Positions 1-7,360 of a stretch of 41,020 nt of DNA are shown here, one piece after another (the first letter of the stretch is position 1; each line of letters opens with the position of its first letter). Under the pieces are notes generated by a model, which was not told the origin of the DNA, did no database searches, and saw only the letters and a list, made by a program, of their open reading frames with translations. The translations under genes were made by a program, and so were the position numbers. The stretch is from Desulfurella sp. (lineage in GTDB: Bacteria; Campylobacterota_A; Desulfurellia; Desulfurellales; Desulfurellaceae): NCBI GenBank assembly GCA_031960885.1, contig JAVRLY010000003.1, positions 1-41,020 on the forward strand. Reading direction: 5' to 3'.

Positions 1-102
1 ATAGAAACACTATTTGGCAACCTAAAAGACAAAACAATACAGCTAAACGACGCATTTGAGAGCTTTTTCATAGAAACCACAAAAGAAACCATAAAAACTT
101 AA
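1..102 (+). mobile_element. 3' end of an ORF entering the window; possible DDE transposase (IS6-like) tail or remnant
   Basis: Frame 1 reads IETLFGNLKDKTIQLNDAFESFFIETTKETIKT*. The IE-x2-F-x2-LK-x2-T-x6-F pattern resembles the catalytic-Glu helix of DDE transposases (recalled pattern, not searched). Only 33 codons are visible. Confidence 0.35.
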
Positions 103-215
103 GCGTTTTAGAAAATAAAAGTCTATTTTCATAAATATGCAAGTATTTTTCAAGCAGAATATAATAGATACTTGTTATTAATATAGCAGTTATTTTTTGG
201 TATTTGAGGTGAAAA

Positions 216-1205
216 GTGAAATTAGTTATTGGAATTTTTTTATCACTTTTATTGTTTAAGTTATCTTTTGCTACTAATATAACGTCTATAAATGTAGCAA
301 ATCAGACGATTTTAATCAGCTCAAACTCTGAGCCAAACTATAGTAAAACTAGTTTTGCTGTAAACAATAAACATTACTTTATTATAACATTTAAAAATGC
401 AATTCTAACAACTAAAAGTGAATTATTGTACAATAAAATACCAGGAATTGAGAGTATTAGCCTTGTTCAATATAGCTTGAACCCCAACATTGTTAGATGT
501 GTAGTTGAAACAAATCAAAATGCCTCTTTTTTTGTTCAAACAGTTCAGATTAATTCAAGAAAACTAGTGACGATTGTTAGCCCAAATGTTAGCGAGCCAT
601 CTTCTGAGCGTATTTGTTCTACAATCCCGCAAAAACAGATAACAAGAAAGTTCAAAGTATTTATAGATGTAGGTCATGGAGGTTATGATCCAGGCGGTGT
701 TGGTCCAGCAGGATTGCCAGAATCATTTGTAAATTTATCAGTGGCCTTAAAACTAGCAAAATATTTGAAAGAAAAAGGTATATCTGTTGAATTAGATAGA
801 ACTTCAAATGTTTTTGTACCTTTATATCAAAGAACTCAACTTGCCAATAATAGCGGTGCAAAATTATTTATAGGATTATATTGCAATGCTTCGCGTAACC
901 CTAATATGTATGGTACAACAACATACTACTGGCACGAAGATTCTTATCCATTTGCTATGTATTTGGAAGATTACATATCGCAAAAATTAGGTTTAGCTGA
1001 TGATGGTACTGTAAAAGATGATTTATATGTTATTAAGTACACTACAGCCATGCCGGCTGTTTTAATTGAATACGCATATATATCAAATCCATACGAAGAG
1101 AGTTTATTAGGATCAACGGGATTTAGAAATATGTTATCTCAAGATTTGGCAAATGCAATCTATAATTACTTTATTTTAAAGAAAACGCAAATAGCTCAAA
1201 AATAA
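216..1205 (+). CDS. N-acetylmuramoyl-L-alanine amidase (signal peptide + AMIN-like domain + Amidase_3)
   Basis: IDVGHGG, LPES, L-x2-R-x3-AN and MPAVLIE motifs; N-terminal signal; GAGGT upstream of the GTG start. Third Zn ligand appears to be Tyr (see findings). Confidence 0.9.
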   Translation: MKLVIGIFLSLLLFKLSFATNITSINVANQTILISSNSEPNYSKTSFAVNNKHYFIITFKNAILTTKSELLYNKIPGIESISLVQYSLNPNIVRCVVETNQNASFFVQTVQINSRKLVTIVSPNVSEPSSERICSTIPQKQITRKFKVFIDVGHGGYDPGGVGPAGLPESFVNLSVALKLAKYLKEKGISVELDRTSNVFVPLYQRTQLANNSGAKLFIGLYCNASRNPNMYGTTTYYWHEDSYPFAMYLEDYISQKLGLADDGTVKDDLYVIKYTTAMPAVLIEYAYISNPYEESLLGSTGFRNMLSQDLANAIYNYFILKKTQIAQK

Positions 1206-1214
1206 GGAGGAGCT

Positions 1215-1304
1215 ATGAAAATAGTTCTAATTTTGTTTGGAACTATATTTTTTTTATCAGCACTTATGGAATTGTTTATCATGATGTTATTTATAAGGCT
1301 ATAA
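1215..1304 (+). CDS. Unannotated 29-aa single-pass membrane peptide MKIVLILFGTIFFLSALMELFIMMLFIRL
   Basis: AAGGAGG SD at 1204-1210, ATG 1215, TAA 1302-1304; fills the gap between the amidase and PBP genes; almost entirely hydrophobic. Confidence 0.7.
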   Translation: MKIVLILFGTIFFLSALMELFIMMLFIRL

Positions 1305-1311
1305 ATTTTTA

Positions 1312-2994
1312 ATGAAAACAATAAGATTTAAAACATTATTTTTTTTAATTGTTGCTTGTTTTCTAGCTATTATTGTAAGAGCTTTTTCTATAGAAATATT
1401 AAACTCACACTACAAACATATATATGCCAACCAAGTTAAACCAACTGCTGTCATAAAAGGCCAAAGAGGTCTAATTTTTGACTCAAAGGGTAGAATCTTA
1501 GCTGAAAACTCATTTGCCTATGACATATATGTTGATCCAAAATTTTATTTGTTATATAACAATAATAAAAATCGTAAATTTTTAGACTTTATAGACCACA
1601 TTTTTAAAATACGTATTAGAAAGCTTATTCAACAAAACCCCGAAAAACAATATATCAATATTGGTATATTGCCAATCAAATACTTTAGCTTTGTGAAAAA
1701 AAGCATACCAATAGGCTTTGGTTTGCATAAAAAGATAATTCGCTATTATCCTTATTCAAATATTGTTTCTCATATTATTGGATTTGTAAACGAGAATTAC
1801 AACGGCGTTGTTGGTGTAGAAAAACAGTACAATATGTACCTTGCTCCTCAGAACACTTTTGAAAAAATTTATTTAACATCATATGGAGGCATAAAATATT
1901 CTAAGCCCCCAAAAAATGGTGATAATGTTCACCTTACGGTAAATGAGAGAGTCCAAAGTTACTTACATTTTTTACTAAAAGATACATTAAAAAAACACAA
2001 AGCAAAAATGGCTATGGGTATTGTTATGACACCAAACGGTTCAATTGTGGCTATGGATGATGTACCAGGATACAATGACAATAAGTATTATGAATACGGT
2101 AATTATTCTAGAATAAAAGAAATGCCTATCAATTTTTTATTCGAACCAGGTAGTGTCTTTAAAATTGTTACAATGTCGAGCGCACTAAATTCATCTATAT
2201 TTAATGGAAAAGAGGTTTTGTGGTGTGATAATGGCTATTGGCCTGTATTTGGCCATGTTATTGAAGACGTAGAAGACAATAAACATTTGAGGTTTGATCA
2301 AGTATTTGCTTACTCTAGCAATGTTTGTTCAGCTAAAATTGCCCTTAAAGAAAAAAAGAAAGTTTTTTATCAATACCTATGGCGTTTTGGTTTTGGCAAA
2401 AAAACTGGAATTGATTTACCTGGTGAAGAAAAAGGTATAGTTAAAGATTATATTCATTTAAGACCTTTTGACTTGGCTACAATGGCTTTTGGTCAAGGCA
2501 TCAGTGTTACAGATATACAAATTGCTCGCGCTTACTGTGCAATCGCAAACGGCGGTTATTTAGTCACGCCACATGTGCTAGACTATATAAGTAAAGATGA
2601 CAAAATCATTTACAAATATAAAGAACATCCCATTAGAATACTTAAACCTAAAACTGTAAAAAAGGTAAGACACATTTTATATGATGTTGTAAAATACGGT
2701 ACGGGCATTTACGCACAATTGAAAAACTATTCAATAGGCGGAAAGACCGGCACAGCCCAAGTTGCAAACAATCATGGTGGATATAGTAAAAATAAATACA
2801 TTGGTTCATTTGTTGCTATATTCCCATTAAATAAACCAAAATTTGTAATTTTAATAACTGTTGTTGAACCAAAAGGCGTAAATTATGGCGGAGTTATTGC
2901 TGCCCCTTATGTAGCTAAAATGGCATCATTTTTAGCGGCATACTATAAAATTCCAGGAAATAATTTATTAAAAACATTATATTGGAGGAAATAA
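1312..2994 (+). CDS. Class B penicillin-binding protein (FtsI/PBP3-like transpeptidase)
   Basis: N-terminal TM anchor; RGLIFD and RYYP dimerisation motifs; SxxK (EPGSVFK), SxN (SSN), KTG (GKTGTAQ). Confidence 0.93.
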   Translation: MKTIRFKTLFFLIVACFLAIIVRAFSIEILNSHYKHIYANQVKPTAVIKGQRGLIFDSKGRILAENSFAYDIYVDPKFYLLYNNNKNRKFLDFIDHIFKIRIRKLIQQNPEKQYINIGILPIKYFSFVKKSIPIGFGLHKKIIRYYPYSNIVSHIIGFVNENYNGVVGVEKQYNMYLAPQNTFEKIYLTSYGGIKYSKPPKNGDNVHLTVNERVQSYLHFLLKDTLKKHKAKMAMGIVMTPNGSIVAMDDVPGYNDNKYYEYGNYSRIKEMPINFLFEPGSVFKIVTMSSALNSSIFNGKEVLWCDNGYWPVFGHVIEDVEDNKHLRFDQVFAYSSNVCSAKIALKEKKKVFYQYLWRFGFGKKTGIDLPGEEKGIVKDYIHLRPFDLATMAFGQGISVTDIQIARAYCAIANGGYLVTPHVLDYISKDDKIIYKYKEHPIRILKPKTVKKVRHILYDVVKYGTGIYAQLKNYSIGGKTGTAQVANNHGGYSKNKYIGSFVAIFPLNKPKFVILITVVEPKGVNYGGVIAAPYVAKMASFLAAYYKIPGNNLLKTLYWRK

Positions 2995-4323
2995 ATGTTT
3001 AGAAAATTTAAAATTATTGGTCTATTTATTTTTATTTTTTTAACGCTGTCAATTTTTTTGTATTTGGGGTTTGATGTAGCATCAAAAGCAACAACAAATC
3101 AAAACAATAACATTCCTCAAAAACAGATAAAAATGTTTAGTGAAGTTCTTAACATAGTCCATTCAAAATATGTCGATAAAGTGCCAAATTCAAAACTAAT
3201 AATAGATGCAATAAAGGGAATGGTTAGTTCACTTGATCCGCATTCTGAATTTTTAACACCAAAAGAATTTAAAAATATGCAGGTATCAATGAAAGGCAAA
3301 TTTGGTGGTATTGGCATTGTGATAGATAAAAAAGACGATTTTTTAACAATTTTATCTGTACTGCCACACACACCTGCAAAAAAAGCTGGTTTAAAACCTA
3401 ATGATGTAATATTGAAAATCAATAATGTTTCAACATATAGGATGAGCTTAGAAAAATCGGTTCAACTTATGAGAGGCAAACCCAATACATTTATTAAATT
3501 GACAATAGCAAGAAAAGGTATTGCAAAACCACTCGTTTTTAATTTGAAAAGAGCAATAATACATATCAAAAATATTGATACTAAACTTTTTGGCAATATT
3601 GGCTATATAAGAATTGTTCAATTTCGAGATCATACTTCACATGAATTACAAAAAGCTCTTACTCAACTTGAAAAAAAACATATTGAAGGCCTAATTTTAG
3701 ACCTAAGAGACAATCCAGGTGGTCTGTTAAGCGAAGCATCGAAAGTATCCAATATATTCATAAACAAAGGCATCATAGTTTCTATTAAAGGTAGAAATAA
3801 AGACAATGATCAAATAATTTACGCCAAAAACAAACCTGTCTTTAAAAAACCTGTAGTGGTGCTTATCAACTCTGGTACTGCATCAGCAGCCGAAATAGTT
3901 ACAGGCTGTTTAAAAGACCATGATAGAGCAATAATAATAGGCCAAAGGAGCTTTGGAAAAGGCAATGTTCAAGATGTGATACCGCTTAAAGACGGATACA
4001 CTCTGATATTAACTGTAGCAAAATATTATACTCCAAATGGTTTTAGTATACAAGCAGAAGGCATTGTACCAAATATTGAAATAAAAAAGAAAAACCAAGA
4101 TGATTTTGTTTTGCGTGAAAGTGAACTTCTACACCACTTAACCAGCAAAAAAGCAATGTTGCAAAAACCTCAAGAAGTTTTGATTGACAAAAATACAAAA
4201 GAGCACAAACAATTGAAGAATGAGTTTATCATTAAACAAGCCATAAAAGTTTTAGAACAAGAAATAAAAAAATGTCCAAATAGTGCTAAAGTTTGCTATG
4301 TTTATCCCAAACAAGCTAATTGA
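2995..4323 (+). CDS. ctpA: S41 carboxyl-terminal processing protease
   Basis: LDPHS, PDZ (FGGIG), LDLRDNPGG, TASAAE (Ser), SFGKG (Lys); starts immediately after the PBP stop with GGAGG inside the PBP 3' end. Confidence 0.93.
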   Translation: MFRKFKIIGLFIFIFLTLSIFLYLGFDVASKATTNQNNNIPQKQIKMFSEVLNIVHSKYVDKVPNSKLIIDAIKGMVSSLDPHSEFLTPKEFKNMQVSMKGKFGGIGIVIDKKDDFLTILSVLPHTPAKKAGLKPNDVILKINNVSTYRMSLEKSVQLMRGKPNTFIKLTIARKGIAKPLVFNLKRAIIHIKNIDTKLFGNIGYIRIVQFRDHTSHELQKALTQLEKKHIEGLILDLRDNPGGLLSEASKVSNIFINKGIIVSIKGRNKDNDQIIYAKNKPVFKKPVVVLINSGTASAAEIVTGCLKDHDRAIIIGQRSFGKGNVQDVIPLKDGYTLILTVAKYYTPNGFSIQAEGIVPNIEIKKKNQDDFVLRESELLHHLTSKKAMLQKPQEVLIDKNTKEHKQLKNEFIIKQAIKVLEQEIKKCPNSAKVCYVYPKQAN

Positions 4324-4363
4324 GTTTTAAAATAAGATTTTTTGGCAAAGATTGGGATATGTA

Positions 4364-5014
4364 TTAGGAATGTAATGTTATTGTATCCAATTTATAGTTT
4401 AGCAAATCAACACTTAAAATTTTATTTAATAAATTTGGTGTAATAGAACAAATTAATTTTAGAGTTTCCATTGCCTGCAGACTTCCAAGAAAGCTAACGG
4501 TTTGTGGGATTATATAATTTTGTTGACTACTAAAAAACAAAACATCCTTTAATTGTTTATCTTTTAAAGTAGTTAGTTGACCATAATATCCAAAAACACC
4601 CGCATGGACAAAATAAATATCTTTTTTGAAAGCAAGCATGCTTAAAATATACTTTGAGTCTTTGTTATCGAAACAATCAACAACGATATCAACTGTAGGT
4701 AACTCAAATTTGCTATCAACAATCCCAAATGTTTTAATATTGCAATTGGTTCCAATTGATTCAAGTTTAGCTTTAGCTACGTCAATTTTGGGCTTACCAA
4801 TATCATTTTGTGTATATAAAAATTGCCTGTGAAGGTTTGTTTCATCGACTAAATCAGCGTCGGCTATGTAAAGCTGTCCAACTCCACACCTAACTAGTAT
4901 TTCACATACTGTGCAGCCCAATCCGCCAACGCCACCAACAAAAACCTTGGCATTTTTAAGTTTCTCTTGGCATATTTGACCTAAAATTGGGATTTGTCTA
5001 TCAAAAAAACTCAT
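4364..5014 (-). CDS. ThiF/MoeB/HesA-family E1-like adenylyltransferase (short form)
   Basis: FDRQ, GVGGLG, DADLVDETNLHRQ, GKPK, VVDCFDN; 4-bp overlap with the upstream MoaD-like gene. Confidence 0.9.
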   Translation of the reverse strand: MSFFDRQIPILGQICQEKLKNAKVFVGGVGGLGCTVCEILVRCGVGQLYIADADLVDETNLHRQFLYTQNDIGKPKIDVAKAKLESIGTNCNIKTFGIVDSKFELPTVDIVVDCFDNKDSKYILSMLAFKKDIYFVHAGVFGYYGQLTTLKDKQLKDVLFFSSQQNYIIPQTVSFLGSLQAMETLKLICSITPNLLNKILSVDLLNYKLDTITLHS

Positions 5015-5262
5015 CCTCCAGCAGCCGGTGGAAAAATATCTATAATGTCATTGTTTTTAACAATCGTATCTAAACCATTTAAATGAGCAATATTTTTACC
5101 GTTAACTAATATCATCACTCCAACTTGCAATGTATTGTTTTCCAATATGTGATCTTTAATACCTAATGTCTCTATCAAAGATTTAATATCAATGCTATCT
5201 TTGTTAATTTCAGTACCCATACCAAACTTTTCTCTCAGTGTGGAATAAAACTTTACTATCAT
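5011..5262 (-). CDS. MoaD/ThiS/SAMP-family ubiquitin-like sulfur carrier
   Basis: 83 aa; ILVNG motif; C-terminal IFPPAAGG di-glycine. Confidence 0.92.
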   Translation of the reverse strand: MIVKFYSTLREKFGMGTEINKDSIDIKSLIETLGIKDHILENNTLQVGVMILVNGKNIAHLNGLDTIVKNNDIIDIFPPAAGG

Positions 5263-5439
5263 ACGTACAAATATAAAAGAGATTTTAATATTTTCAAGTA
5301 CCTTGAGAAACTCTCAATAATGCCTATATTAAAAGTAATTATGAACAAATTAACTCTAAGTTTAATGGGTAATTTATGTATCATTTTGAGAAACTAAAAA
5401 AAAAGTCAATAGCTCTAAATAACAAAATTGGAGGATGAT

Positions 5440-6219
5440 ATGAGAGTTTTAATTACTGGCTCTACTGATGGAATAGGAAACCAAACAGCTAAATTATTGC
5501 ACTCAAATGGATTTGATGTTGTTATTCATGGTAAAAACCCAACAAAGGTTGAAGAAACAGCAAAATTAGTTAAAGACGAAGGTATTGTAGCTGATTTATC
5601 TTCTTTAAAAGAAATTGACAATATATTAAGGTATGTGGAAAATAAACCCATAGACATTCTTATCAATAATGCTGGTGTTTATAGTAAAAATTATCAATTA
5701 AGCAAAGACGATATTGAATTAACGTTTGCAGTGAATTATCTAGCCCATTTTTATTTAACACTAAGACTTTTACAAGCAAAAATATTTCCAAAGCTCATAT
5801 TAAACATTAGCTCGATGGTGCATGCGAATTTCATTGATTTAGACGATTTAGTTAAACCGCATTTATACGATGCATACGAAGCGTATGCTGTTTCAAAATT
5901 ATGCAATATACTTTTTACATATTATTTAGCAAATAAAGTAAAAGATTTAGATATCTTGGTAAATGCAATGCACCCAGGTGTTATTAATACTAAAATGCTC
6001 ATTAGCAATTGGGGTGCAATAGGTGAAAGCCCGCAAGTAGGTGCTCAAAATGTTCTAAATACACTGTTTGCTATACAAAATAATGCATATTCTGGTATGT
6101 ATTTTGTAAATGCAAAACCAGCAAAATCAAAAACAATTTCTTATAATACTAAACTGCAAGAAAAACTATGGCAATTGAGTTTAAAATTATGCAATCTCAA
6201 TGATTTAAAACTTGACTAA
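5440..6219 (+). CDS. Short-chain dehydrogenase/reductase (retinol-dehydrogenase-like)
   Basis: TGSTDGIG, NNAG, YAVSK (YxxxK), HPG; GGAGG at 5430-5434 favours ATG 5440 over 5428. Confidence 0.9.
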   Translation: MRVLITGSTDGIGNQTAKLLHSNGFDVVIHGKNPTKVEETAKLVKDEGIVADLSSLKEIDNILRYVENKPIDILINNAGVYSKNYQLSKDDIELTFAVNYLAHFYLTLRLLQAKIFPKLILNISSMVHANFIDLDDLVKPHLYDAYEAYAVSKLCNILFTYYLANKVKDLDILVNAMHPGVINTKMLISNWGAIGESPQVGAQNVLNTLFAIQNNAYSGMYFVNAKPAKSKTISYNTKLQEKLWQLSLKLCNLNDLKLD

Positions 6220-6240
6220 ATTGGTATATTATATTATTAT
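6212..6240 (+). promoter_or_regulatory. Sigma70-type promoter for the RND operon
   Basis: TTGACT(6212-6217)-17 bp-TATTAT(6235-6240). Confidence 0.55.
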
Positions 6241-6295
6241 AAACTCAGATTGACAATTGATAATTAATTCAAATAATTTGTCGGGGGGAGGGCAA

Positions 6296-7360
6296 ATGAG
6301 AAAACTCAAATACATTGCTTTTATATTGTTGGTATTTTTTTTACCAGGTTGCTCAAATAATAAAAAAGAAGCGCATCCAAATCATATACAGTCAAAACTT
6401 TTGACAGTAAAGCAGACTAGAATAGCTAGTTATGCAAGCATACCCGCAACAATTACTTCAAAAAAAGATATCAATATTGAATCAAGCCCGCTAAATCAGT
6501 TTACATTTTATTTAGGAAGGGTAGATAAGATTTTGGTTAATGTTGGAGATAGGGTTAAAAAAGGCCAATTGTTAGTTATAGTTGACCCCATACAAACACA
6601 AAACACAATTGAGCAAGCTCGGCAAAATATAAATCAAGCTCAAGCAAATTTGGATTATGTAAAAGCAAATTATGAAAGATATGCAAACCTATACAAAGAA
6701 AATGTTATATCAAAAGAAGAATTTGAGAAAATGCAAATGCAGTATAAAACTGCACAAGCCCAACTTCAGTCTGCAAAAGCTGCCTATAATGGTGCAAGTA
6801 GTGTATTAAACTATTTTTATATTAGAGCGCCATTTGACGGCATTGTAGCAAAAAAATATGTCGATGCTGGACAAGTTGTATCTCCAATGCAACCAATATT
6901 GAACCTTATTGATCCAAATGATTTAGAAGTGAAATTTTATGTTGATGAAAATGTCTATAAACATATTAAACTTAATCAAGAAATTCCCGTTTCTATTAAT
7001 AACAATATTTTCCATGCAAAAATCATTACAATTTCACCCAAAGCAGATGAGATATCGCACACTTACTTAATTAAAGCAAAAATCATTGATAGTAATGTAA
7101 ATGTTGGCGATTATGCCGTTGCAAAAATTCCAATTGGTGAAAAACAAGTTATGCTTATACCAAAATCATGCGTTTTAAAACGAGCGGGTATTGAAGGCGT
7201 AATTGTAGTAAAAAATGGTGTAGCTAATTACCAAATGATAGAGACAGGTTCAACGATTGGCGATTTTGTGGAAGTACTATCGGGTTTGGAGCCCAATGAT
7301 AAAATAGCAACTACCAACCTTTCTTTGATAAATAATGGTGATATAATCGATGATAGATAA
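6296..7360 (+). CDS. RND efflux periplasmic adaptor (membrane fusion lipoprotein)
   Basis: Lipobox LPGC; VGDRVKKGQLL and IRAPFDG lipoyl halves; coiled coil; GGAGG before ATG 6296. Confidence 0.9.
   Translation: MRKLKYIAFILLVFFLPGCSNNKKEAHPNHIQSKLLTVKQTRIASYASIPATITSKKDINIESSPLNQFTFYLGRVDKILVNVGDRVKKGQLLVIVDPIQTQNTIEQARQNINQAQANLDYVKANYERYANLYKENVISKEEFEKMQMQYKTAQAQLQSAKAAYNGASSVLNYFYIRAPFDGIVAKKYVDAGQVVSPMQPILNLIDPNDLEVKFYVDENVYKHIKLNQEIPVSINNNIFHAKIITISPKADEISHTYLIKAKIIDSNVNVGDYAVAKIPIGEKQVMLIPKSCVLKRAGIEGVIVVKNGVANYQMIETGSTIGDFVEVLSGLEPNDKIATTNLSLINNGDIIDDR

Noticed and set aside
4364..5262. Ubl plus E1 as a CBASS/Bil-type ubiquitin-like defence system
   Set aside because: No E2, JAB peptidase, CD-NTase or effector nearby; both proteins look like metabolic MoaD/ThiF types.
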